In this document: positions 17,927 through 25,985 of the stretch, piece after piece
Numbering within the stretch: position 1 is the first letter of the stretch
How the letters are laid out: every line of letters begins with the position of its first letter
Origin: an uncultured Bacteroidales bacterium
GTDB taxonomy: Bacteria > Bacteroidota > Bacteroidia > Bacteroidales > Paludibacteraceae
DNA: 64,000 bases
Direction: 5' to 3'
Assembly: GCA_946403215.1 (NCBI GenBank)
Contig: CAMIZG010000004.1
Span: 7,454 to 71,453, forward strand
Position numbers and translations under genes: made by a program
Notes under the pieces: generated by a model
What the model saw: only the letters and a program-made list of their open reading frames with translations
Told to the model about the DNA's origin: nothing
Databases searched by the model: none

Positions 17927-19843
17927 TTATCTGCGCCTTGCTTGTTGTTTAGCCTGCTCGCGTGCCTGCTTGAGTTGCTCTTGCTGCATCTTCTGCAGTC
18001 GGGCCATCAATCCGGATTGTGGCTTGGCAGCACCGGCTTTCTTCTTGGCGTTCTCCTCCATCTGCCTGAGCAGCGCCTCGTCATCCGTTGTCCAACGGAA
18101 GATCATTGTCTGCAGGATTGAGAAGAACAGCGCCAGCAGGTAGTAGTAACTCAAACCTGCAGCATAGTCATTGAAGATAAAGAAGAACATTAGTGGCATA
18201 AGGTACATCATCCACTTCATCATCTTAGCCGAAGGATCATTGCCCGAAGCTTGCGTTTGCATGGTGATATACGTATAAGCTACGTTCACAAGTGTGAACA
18301 GGATACAGAACAGCGACAGGTGGTCGCCGATGCCCCAGATAGGCGTGCTCCAGGAGATGATGGAGTCGTAGGTTGACAGGTCATCCGCCCAGAGGAACGA
18401 CTTGCCGCGAAGCTCAATGGCAGTCGGGAAGAACCAGAACATAGCCATCACTACTGGCATCTGCAGCAACATAGGCAGACAGCCAGACATCGGACTCACG
18501 CCTGCTTTCTGGTACAACGCCATTGTTGCCTGCTGACGCTCTTGCATCTTCTCCGGCGGGAACTTGGCATTGATCTCGTCAATCTGAGGCTTCAGTACGC
18601 GCATCTTAGCTGTTGACTGATAACTCTTGAATACGAATGGCAGGATAATCAGTTTGATGACGATTGTCATCAGCAGAATAATCAGACCTATATGCAGCCC
18701 CCATGAGGTGAACAGGTCAAACATCGGGATCACCAGTATCACGTTCACCCACGATACGATCTTCCACCCCAGCGGAACGAGTGATTTCAGGTGCAGACGC
18801 TGCTCTTTAGGCAGATTTTCGTCGTAAGCTTTTAGCGTGTTGTAGTGGTTCGGACCGGTGTAGTAACGCAGATGTATAGGCTCGCGCAAATCGAAGTTCA
18901 GCGCCGTGGTCGTGTTATACTCCTTGATGTATCCCGAGTACTTGTTCTGTGGCTCCGACTCCAACTCCGACGAACTGAAACCGTCATCGTTAATCAGCAC
19001 CGTTGAGAAGAACTGATCTTTGTATGCTATCCAGCGCAAGCGTCCGGCTTCCTTCTTCCTGTCGGCTTTGTTCTCGTTCAAGTTGTCAATGCCGCCGCCC
19101 AGATCCATATACTGCAACTGTGCGTAGCGCTCCTCGAACTTGCGACCTTTCTCCTGCTGCGGCACCCGCTGACGCCATTGCATCTCTATCGTGCTTACGT
19201 TCTGTGCCAGCACTTGCTCCATCCGGTGAGGAACGATGTCAAAGCCGAACATATACTCGTCCTGCGGCAGCGTATATACAAAATCCATATACGCATCGTC
19301 CACGCCTGTCTTCAGACGCATGGTCAGCACCGAGTCAGACTTGATTGGCTCAAAGTACAGGTTCTGTGTGGAGATGATACGGTTGTTCGCTGTGATGAGC
19401 GTAAATGCCAGGTTCGACTCGTCACCCGTAAACAGATGCAGGGCATTCACCGTATCGCCGTACGCCTTGTACTCCTTCAGCTCTGCGCGGTACAGACGAC
19501 CTCCGCGAGTGCTGAATGTCAGTCTCACCTTCTCGTTCTCCAAGGTGGCAAAATCCTCGTTGCCCTGTGCCGATACGGCAAAATCACCATAAGCAGCCTG
19601 CAGACGCCCCTGCAAGTCCTCGACATCCTTGCTTTCGTCATACGGCTTCGGACTTTCGGCAGTTTCGGCACTAATCGCTTCCGATATCATGGTGGCCTCG
19701 TGCTCCATCTGACGTGCTAAGGCAATACTGTCATTCAGCCGCTGACGCTCTGCCAACTCCTCTTTCGAGGGGCGGTTCAGCATCGAGAAGCCGACAATGA
19801 TTCCGGCAATCAACAAAAATCCTATCCAAGTATTCTTATCCAT
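17927..19843 (-). CDS. yidC: Membrane protein insertase YidC
   Basis: 638 aa. It has an N-terminal TM, a large periplasmic domain, a C-terminal multi-TM core (GCLPMLLQMPVVMAMFWFFP) and a basic tail. Length is typical of Bacteroidota YidC. Confidence 0.9.
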   Translation of the reverse strand: MDKNTWIGFLLIAGIIVGFSMLNRPSKEELAERQRLNDSIALARQMEHEATMISEAISAETAESPKPYDESKDVEDLQGRLQAAYGDFAVSAQGNEDFATLENEKVRLTFSTRGGRLYRAELKEYKAYGDTVNALHLFTGDESNLAFTLITANNRIISTQNLYFEPIKSDSVLTMRLKTGVDDAYMDFVYTLPQDEYMFGFDIVPHRMEQVLAQNVSTIEMQWRQRVPQQEKGRKFEERYAQLQYMDLGGGIDNLNENKADRKKEAGRLRWIAYKDQFFSTVLINDDGFSSSELESEPQNKYSGYIKEYNTTTALNFDLREPIHLRYYTGPNHYNTLKAYDENLPKEQRLHLKSLVPLGWKIVSWVNVILVIPMFDLFTSWGLHIGLIILLMTIVIKLIILPFVFKSYQSTAKMRVLKPQIDEINAKFPPEKMQERQQATMALYQKAGVSPMSGCLPMLLQMPVVMAMFWFFPTAIELRGKSFLWADDLSTYDSIISWSTPIWGIGDHLSLFCILFTLVNVAYTYITMQTQASGNDPSAKMMKWMMYLMPLMFFFIFNDYAAGLSYYYLLALFFSILQTMIFRWTTDDEALLRQMEENAKKKAGAAKPQSGLMARLQKMQQEQLKQAREQAKQQARRR

Positions 19844-20064
19844 TATTTATAGTATTTTCGAGGTTTATCTTCTTTCTGTGCGCTACGCAAATAAATGCGC
19901 TCATGCATCCATAGACAAAAAACGTGCAAATATACAAAAAATAATTGAAATTTCCAAATTTTAGATGGATTATTTGTTCTTTTTTTGTATATTGTAAACT
20001 CGTGGCGCAAGTTCCGTATATTGCCTATGGTAATAATGAGTATAGAAAGCAGGCTAACAGGCAC

Positions 20065-20092
20065 AAAAAAAGGAGTCCGAAAACTCCTTTTT
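20065..20092 (-). terminator. Rho-independent terminator after the tRNA pair
   Basis: Stem AAAAAGGAGT (20066-20076) / ACTCCTTTTT (20083-20092) with loop CCGAAA. On the minus strand the stem is followed by a run of T. Confidence 0.55.
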
Positions 20093-20093
20093 G

Positions 20094-20167
20094 CGGTGCC
20101 GACGAGACTCGAACTCGCGACCTCCGGCGTGACAGGCCGATATTCTAACCAACTGAACTACAGCACC
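20094..20167 (-). tRNA. tRNA-Asp (GTC)
   Basis: Hand-folded cloverleaf: acceptor GGTGCTG/CGGCACC, anticodon stem TCGGC/GCCGG with loop CTGTCAC, T-arm GCGAG-TTCGAGT-CTCGT. CCA is not encoded. Confidence 0.85.
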
Positions 20168-20176
20168 GTGGTTGTG

Positions 20177-20251
20177 TGGGCGTTTACGGATTCGAACCGC
20201 AGACCCTCTGCTTGTAAGGCAGATGCTCTAAACCAGCTGAGCTAAACGCCC
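20177..20251 (-). tRNA. tRNA-Val (TAC)
   Basis: Hand-folded cloverleaf: acceptor GGGCGTT/AACGCCC, D-arm GCTC-AGCTGGTTT-AGAGC, anticodon stem TCTGC/GCAGA with loop CTTACAA, T-arm TGCGG-TTCGAAT-CCGTA. Confidence 0.85.
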
Positions 20252-20299
20252 GATGCGTTACGTTTGTGAAGAACACTTGCTTTAACGCGAAAGCGAATG

Positions 20300-20307
20300 C
20301 AAAGGTA
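20300..20307 (-). promoter_or_regulatory. Candidate -7 promoter element for the tRNA-Val/tRNA-Asp unit
   Basis: Minus-strand TACCTTTG (TAnnTTTG) lies ~49 nt upstream of the tRNA-Val 5' end. Confidence 0.35.
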
Positions 20308-20380
20308 ACACATTTTTTTCAATTATGCAAATATTTTGTAAAAAAAGCACGAAATATTTGCTTTTTTCATATTATTTTTG

Positions 20381-20388
20381 TAACTTTG
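20381..20388 (+). promoter_or_regulatory. Candidate -7 promoter element for cstA
   Basis: Plus-strand TAACTTTG (TAnnTTTG) lies 35 nt upstream of the ATG at 20423. Confidence 0.4.
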
Positions 20389-20422
20389 CTTGTCAAAACG
20401 ATATATCTGACATCTAAATCAT

Positions 20423-21907
20423 ATGATAACTTTCATCATTGCACTTATTGCGCTTGTAGTAGGTTATGTGCTGTATGGCACATTTGTTGAAAAGGTGTTC
20501 GGCATCGATGAGAAAGCCGAGACACCTGCAATCACCAAGAACGACGGTGTGGACTATGTGCCGATGTCCGGCTGGCGGATCTTTCTCGTCCAGTTTCTGA
20601 ACATAGCGGGCCTGGGCCCGATTTTCGGAGCAATCATGGGCATCTTCTTCGGTCCCGCTGCTTTCCTGTGGATCGTTTTTGGTACGATCTTTGCAGGCGG
20701 CGTGCATGACTACCTCAGCGGCATGCTCTCCCTGCGTAAGGGGGGCGCTTCGCTGCCGGAGATAGTAGGTAGCGAATTAGGTACGGGTGTACGCGTGTTC
20801 ATGCGCGTACTATCATTAGTATTGCTATTGTTGCTCACCACCACGTTCCTCTCCGGTCCTGCTACTCTGCTGCAGGGCTTGGCACCGCTCACAACGATGC
20901 CTTTCCAGGGACGAGCACTACCTATTGTGTGGGTGCTGATTATTTTCGGTTACTATGCGTTGGCTACTGTGCTGCCGGTGGATAAGCTGATCGGACGGTT
21001 CTATCCGATCTTCGGCGCAATGCTGCTGTTCATGGGTGTGGGCATAGCTATTGTCATGCTCACGCAGCACGCCGGTGCGATGCCAGAACTCACCGACGGA
21101 CTATACAACCGCAAGGCCGATGGGCTGCCGATCTTCCCCATGATGTTCGTAAGCATTGCTTGCGGGGCTATCTCGGGTTTCCATGGTACGCAGTCGCCAA
21201 TCATGTCACGTTGCCTAACCAACGAGCGTCAAGGCCGCTGGATATTCTATGGCGCGATGGTTGCTGAAGGTATCCTTGCTCTCATCTGGGCGGCAGCAGC
21301 AGGTACATTCTTTGCTGACCCTGAAAACGGGCTTGACGGTATAAGCGGTCTCCATGCGTTTGCATCCCAATACGATAAAGGTACGAATATGCCTGCGCTG
21401 ATAGTGGATACTGTTTCCCGCTCGTGGCTGGGTACGGTAGGTGGTATATTGGCTATCATCGGTGTGATAGCCGCGCCTATCACCTCCGGTGACACAGCAT
21501 TGCGTTCGGCACGACTCATCGTTGCCGACTTTATGCACATTGACCAGAAACCTCGAATGAAGCGCCTCATGATCGCCCTGCCTCTGTTCTGCTGTGTGTT
21601 TGCATTGGTTTTCGTTAATTTTGATATAGTGTGGCGTTACTTCTCGTGGACGAACCAGACCTTGGCTGTGTTCACACTGTGGGCAGGTACCGTGTGGCTG
21701 TCTAAGAACGGACGCAAGTACGGCTACCTCATAGCGCTTATACCTGCTTTATTCATGACCATGGTCAGCACCAGTTATATACTGATTGCACCGGAGGGCT
21801 TCCATCTGCCCGTGGCGTATCGTTGGATTGGTTACGTCGTAGCCGCAGTGGTCACAGTGAGTCTGCTGCTCATATTTGCCCAATGGGCACGGAAATACAA
21901 CAAATAA
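20423..21907 (+). CDS. cstA: Carbon starvation protein A family transporter
   Basis: 494-aa polytopic membrane protein. N-terminus MITFIIALIALVVGYVLYGTFVEKVFG and GWRIFLVQFLNIAGLGPIFGAI are typical of CstA. It is the only plus-strand gene in the window. Confidence 0.85.
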   Translation: MITFIIALIALVVGYVLYGTFVEKVFGIDEKAETPAITKNDGVDYVPMSGWRIFLVQFLNIAGLGPIFGAIMGIFFGPAAFLWIVFGTIFAGGVHDYLSGMLSLRKGGASLPEIVGSELGTGVRVFMRVLSLVLLLLLTTTFLSGPATLLQGLAPLTTMPFQGRALPIVWVLIIFGYYALATVLPVDKLIGRFYPIFGAMLLFMGVGIAIVMLTQHAGAMPELTDGLYNRKADGLPIFPMMFVSIACGAISGFHGTQSPIMSRCLTNERQGRWIFYGAMVAEGILALIWAAAAGTFFADPENGLDGISGLHAFASQYDKGTNMPALIVDTVSRSWLGTVGGILAIIGVIAAPITSGDTALRSARLIVADFMHIDQKPRMKRLMIALPLFCCVFALVFVNFDIVWRYFSWTNQTLAVFTLWAGTVWLSKNGRKYGYLIALIPALFMTMVSTSYILIAPEGFHLPVAYRWIGYVVAAVVTVSLLLIFAQWARKYNK

Positions 21908-21909
21908 AT

Positions 21910-21944
21910 AAAATCAGTGGCTGCAATTCGCGGCCACTGATTTT
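21910..21944. terminator. Bidirectional rho-independent terminator between convergent cstA and the ccsBA-like gene
   Basis: 12-bp stem AAAATCAGTGGC (21910-21921) / GCCACTGATTTT (21933-21944), with further GC pairs inside. T-runs follow the stem on both strands. Confidence 0.7.
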
Positions 21945-21969
21945 ATAATGTAGTTGGATAAGTTGCTCG

Positions 21970-23016
21970 TCAGTTGGCGTAGGAGTGCAGACCACCGAGC
22001 AGATACGATACGCCGAAATAGGTGAACAGTACGAACAGGAACGCTACAATGCTGAATATGTGGTACAGTACTTGTACTTTCTGTTTTTCCACTTTCAGTT
22101 TGGCGCTGATCAGCGGCCAATGCATTAGTAGGGCATACACGAGCATGGTGATGAGTGCCCAGGTCTCTTTGGGATCCCAACCCCAGTACCGTCCCCACGA
22201 CATATTCGCCCACACAGCGCCGATGAAGATGCCTGCCGTCAGGCAGAACTCGGCGGGGTAGAGCAGCACGTGCGACAGGTGCATCAGTCGCTCGCGTTTG
22301 CTGTGTGCGCATAGGCCGATGATGCCATTGATCATGATGATGGCAAACAGCGTGTAGGCGAGCATGATGACTGACACATGGATGCCCAGTAGCGGTGTTT
22401 GCAGTACAGGCTCCAACGGCGGTTTTGGGGTTACGACCTTGGTCATGACTATAGCCATCACAACAACAGCTACTCCTAAGCCGGCCATCAGCCAGGTGTG
22501 TTGTTTGCTGATGAAGGCGCGGAACAAGGAGTGCTTCTGAAAGAAGAACCCGATCATCGCCACCAGCAGCAAGGCGTAGCCTGCGTAGGTGATGCCTGTC
22601 CCCCAGGGATCGTAGTTATAGGTCAGCACCACGCCTCGTTCGTCGCTGTCGTAGTCCGACTGACAGAAGCGATAGCCGTGGTACTTGAGCGGTTTATTCA
22701 TCTGCACAACTCCCTCATCAATCGTCATTTGTCCGTCGGCATCAGGTCGGCTGCGGTCAAGCAGTCGCAACTCGCTGATGAAGTCAGCAGGTGCACCGGT
22801 CTTAGGGTCGCTGACTATGCGGAAGTCCCAAAGGAAGAGACTGAGTGTCGAATGCTTCGTAACGAGCTTGGTTGCCTTGTCATAGCGCAGGTGCACCTCG
22901 CCTTGTTCGCCGGAGAAATGCGTCACAAGCGCTCCCACGACCATGGTCGCGAGAGCGATGTGAAGCAAACCTGTGAAGAAGGATGGTTTGACTCTGAAAG
23001 GACGTAACCAATCCAT
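21970..23016 (-). CDS. Short CcsBA-like cytochrome c biogenesis (haem-handling) membrane protein
   Basis: 348 aa. The N-terminal part resembles a truncated ResB/CcsB (VQMNKPLKYHGYRFCQSDY). The C-terminal part carries the Trp-rich CcsA/WWD-type motif WGRYWGWDPKETWALITMLVY. Confidence 0.7.
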   Translation of the reverse strand: MDWLRPFRVKPSFFTGLLHIALATMVVGALVTHFSGEQGEVHLRYDKATKLVTKHSTLSLFLWDFRIVSDPKTGAPADFISELRLLDRSRPDADGQMTIDEGVVQMNKPLKYHGYRFCQSDYDSDERGVVLTYNYDPWGTGITYAGYALLLVAMIGFFFQKHSLFRAFISKQHTWLMAGLGVAVVVMAIVMTKVVTPKPPLEPVLQTPLLGIHVSVIMLAYTLFAIIMINGIIGLCAHSKRERLMHLSHVLLYPAEFCLTAGIFIGAVWANMSWGRYWGWDPKETWALITMLVYALLMHWPLISAKLKVEKQKVQVLYHIFSIVAFLFVLFTYFGVSYLLGGLHSYAN

Positions 23017-23017
23017 G

Positions 23018-24682
23018 TTAGATGGCGTTGATGAATGCTACGATGGCATCGCGGTCTTCTTTCGGCAGTTGATAGAACTGCTGTGTAGGCCAGTAGGCGT
23101 CTGATTGCTGGCTGTAGCCGTGCCACATGATAGCTTCGATGACGTTTCGCGCGCGAGTGTCGTGCAGGCGAGCCTCGTAGGCATCGCCGGTAGCCTTGCG
23201 GTGCAGTCCGCGTCCCCAGAGCGGGGTTGTGCGGCACCAGCCTGTACGGATATCATTCTCCATGCATAGTTTATGCTGTACCATATCGGTGTACGGCCAG
23301 ATCTTCTGGTTGGGGTGGCGCGGAAGCTTGTTGTCGCCGGCCTTGAAGAAATCGTTAGGATCGCGTACCTCGTCGCCGCCTGTTGTCCAACTCGGACGAT
23401 GGCAGTAGTCGCAGCCGATCTGCGTGAACAGTTCTTTGCCGCGCAGCACTTGTTTGTCCTCAACGTCGCGCGCTACTGGGACAGCCAGACCACGGTGCCA
23501 TACCATCACTTGCGTGAACTCCTCGTCGGTCATCTCAACGGGCAGGGATTTGCTGGTCAGGTACTCAGTAATATTGGCCTCCATGTTATCCGTGCGCCAC
23601 TCGGGGTGCTCGTTGTTGGGGTCAATAGCCTGAACGTAGGCGGCAAAGCCGGCCTGTACTTCAGGATCTTGGGCGGCATACTCGGCGTAGATACGACCAT
23701 TAAGGTCGAGGTAATGATACTTGCGGTCGGAACGCGTGACGTTCGTTATGTTCCAGATGGCATTTGCTCCGGCGCCGTCCTGCAGGGGACCGCGGGTTAG
23801 AGCATAAGTGAAACGTTTGGGGCCGAACTCTGTCTTCTTGTAGTATCCGCTCTCTTGGAAACTGCCGTTCCAGAATGCAGGGTTCAGGCCGTTCTTGAGC
23901 ATAGGCTGGCCGTTTTTGGTCTTGTCATTAGCTTCTTTCTCATACTGGGCGATGATATCTGCATCGGGAATTGCATCCAGCAGACCTGAGCCATATACAC
24001 CGATGGTGTTTTCGAGTTTAACCTCATAACCCTCTGTTTCGAGCAAGCCGTCGGGGTCGCGGTAGCCTTGGTTATAGACATATACTGCCTCCTTGGGCAT
24101 CTTAACCACGGGATACCGCAGTTCGTACTTCTCGCCGTCGGCGAATGCGTTGCCATGTTCGTCCTGTACGGTTTTCCACTCCACGGTGATCATGTCAGGG
24201 TTGAGCGGTGCCTTGAATGGTGCAACGCCGAATAGTTGCGGCATACCTGCCAGCCAGGGAACATAACCTTGGGTGCTGGGGTTGATGACTACGAGCAGGG
24301 TGCCGTTACCCACCTCAGCGGCGTTGTACTTGCCTTCGGGCACGCTTGTGCCATGCGAGTAGTTGGGGTGGCAGTGCTGACAACTGGCGCGTACATATAC
24401 CGGACCCAAGCCGTGCTGACGGCCTTCGTGGGTGGTCAGGAACACTTTTTCGGCAATCTGGTCACCTTGGGCAAATGCCTGACCCAGACCTGCATTCTCT
24501 GTTGCGGGAGTAGGCTGACGGAAGGTCATCGAGGAGGTGTTCTCCGTGGTGCCTAACTTACCGCCGGTGTAGTACCATTCGGGTTTCTCGGCCACGGGGT
24601 CGGGATCGGGGGTCGGTTGCGGTTGCTTGCAGCCTACGAGGGCTGTGGCTGCAAAAGCAATGAGCAGAAGTCGTTTTTTCAT
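23018..24682 (-). CDS. DUF1111-type di-haem cytochrome c (putative peroxidase/oxidoreductase), lipoprotein
   Basis: 554 aa with lipobox LVGC and two CxxCH haem motifs (CQHCH and CDYCH). Size and motif spacing match DUF1111 proteins found beside imelysins. Confidence 0.8.
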   Translation of the reverse strand: MKKRLLLIAFAATALVGCKQPQPTPDPDPVAEKPEWYYTGGKLGTTENTSSMTFRQPTPATENAGLGQAFAQGDQIAEKVFLTTHEGRQHGLGPVYVRASCQHCHPNYSHGTSVPEGKYNAAEVGNGTLLVVINPSTQGYVPWLAGMPQLFGVAPFKAPLNPDMITVEWKTVQDEHGNAFADGEKYELRYPVVKMPKEAVYVYNQGYRDPDGLLETEGYEVKLENTIGVYGSGLLDAIPDADIIAQYEKEANDKTKNGQPMLKNGLNPAFWNGSFQESGYYKKTEFGPKRFTYALTRGPLQDGAGANAIWNITNVTRSDRKYHYLDLNGRIYAEYAAQDPEVQAGFAAYVQAIDPNNEHPEWRTDNMEANITEYLTSKSLPVEMTDEEFTQVMVWHRGLAVPVARDVEDKQVLRGKELFTQIGCDYCHRPSWTTGGDEVRDPNDFFKAGDNKLPRHPNQKIWPYTDMVQHKLCMENDIRTGWCRTTPLWGRGLHRKATGDAYEARLHDTRARNVIEAIMWHGYSQQSDAYWPTQQFYQLPKEDRDAIVAFINAI

Positions 24683-24701
24683 ATTATCATGTGTTTTTGG
24701 A

Positions 24702-25883
24702 TTATTTGCTTAGCAGTGCCATTACTTGTTTGTCAAGCACCTCTTCCAGAGCGCTGCACAGGTCGATGGCGGTCTTGACTTTGGGGTTGTTCTGTGCCGT
24801 GGACTCGAAGTTCTCGATGGCTTCGATGGCTGCAATGGCGTCAGTGATAGCCTTGCGTACCTTGGCGTCCAGATCTTTATCCTGACTCTTGATATAATCG
24901 GAAATGCTTGCATCGCCGTCTTTGGATCCGCAGTAGGCGTGCTCAATGGAGCGGATGTTGTCGGCAAAGTCGATGGTTGATGTGCAGCTATAGGGGCTCT
25001 CTATATAATCGCGCTGCGTCTCGTTGCTGCTGAGGTAGGGGTTACCCATTTTCAGGTCAGCCACCTCACCGGCTATATCCACGCAGCCGGCAATAATCTC
25101 CTCGGCTACTTCTTGATAGGTCTTGTAGATGCTGCCTGCTTTGCCGGCGTTGATCATATACTCGCCGTAGTTCTCGCCGTAGCTCATTGACTCGCCGTCC
25201 TCGGTGATAACCTCCTCTTTGGCGGCACTAACCTTACCTGCCCAGCAATCTTCCAGCAGGATAGCCTGTTGTACGAGGTCAGTTACCACACCTACCAGAT
25301 ATACAGCTTCGGCATGCGTGAGGTTGGTGGCGTGTGGACGTCCTGTGCCTATGGGGCGGCCATCCTTCATCTCCGACTCAAACAGCAGGTACTCGCATGC
25401 GTGGAAGCCCTGCAACGCGTAGCCGAGGTTGTTCTTCACGTAGTCCACGCCGTTCTCCTCAATGTCCTTCATCTGTGATACGTTGCTTAGCAGAGCGTTC
25501 ATCTGGTTGAAGTCCAGAGGCCAGGAGTCGATGTGCGGGTCGATGTTGTGCGCGGCAGCCGGACCAAACAGAAACGCTTCGCTCTGCTCCCAGTGCTTTC
25601 GCATCAGTCGCCACGATGCATCAGCATCCTTCATCAGTTGGGTGTAATCCTCGCCTTTCTCAACTTTATCAAGGATATCCTCGCATTGGTCGAGTAGGGT
25701 TAGTCCGGCATCAGACATTGCGCTGTAGGTGGCGATAACGGTGTTCTGTACATAAGGCATAGCAGCTTTCTGCAGTTCAGCCTCTTTGTCTGTGGCTATT
25801 TGTTGCTGATTACCATTCGGCTTGCATGATACAACAGCCATTGCGCATGCAACAATCACAGAAAATTTAGTAATCTTTTTCAT
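24702..25883 (-). CDS. Imelysin-like (peptidase M75 / IrpA-like) periplasmic lipoprotein
   Basis: 393 aa with lipobox VVSC. The signature GYALQGFHACEYLLFE (HxxE) is characteristic of imelysin-like proteins. Confidence 0.8.
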   Translation of the reverse strand: MKKITKFSVIVACAMAVVSCKPNGNQQQIATDKEAELQKAAMPYVQNTVIATYSAMSDAGLTLLDQCEDILDKVEKGEDYTQLMKDADASWRLMRKHWEQSEAFLFGPAAAHNIDPHIDSWPLDFNQMNALLSNVSQMKDIEENGVDYVKNNLGYALQGFHACEYLLFESEMKDGRPIGTGRPHATNLTHAEAVYLVGVVTDLVQQAILLEDCWAGKVSAAKEEVITEDGESMSYGENYGEYMINAGKAGSIYKTYQEVAEEIIAGCVDIAGEVADLKMGNPYLSSNETQRDYIESPYSCTSTIDFADNIRSIEHAYCGSKDGDASISDYIKSQDKDLDAKVRKAITDAIAAIEAIENFESTAQNNPKVKTAIDLCSALEEVLDKQVMALLSK

Positions 25884-25901
25884 AAGTAAATTAATATAAT
25901 C

Positions 25902-25956
25902 TTTAGTTCTTATTTAGTTCTTGTTTAGTTGTTCCTTGGTTCTTGTTTGGTCGTTT
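25902..25956. repeat. Five tandem imperfect 11-bp repeats in the OMP-imelysin intergenic leader
   Basis: TTTAGTTCTTA TTTAGTTCTTG TTTAGTTGTTC CTTGGTTCTTG TTTGGTCGTTT, read directly. The array lies 19-73 nt upstream of the imelysin ATG (25883). Confidence 0.7.
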
Positions 25957-25985
25957 TCGGTACGTCTGCGTGATGTTCACCTGCT

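Noticed and set aside
19843-20245. Small ORFs (73, 67 and 86 aa) in the yidC-tRNA intergenic region
   Set aside because: Two of them overlap the tRNA-Asp and tRNA-Val genes or the terminator. The sequence is AT-rich promoter-like DNA with no protein motif.
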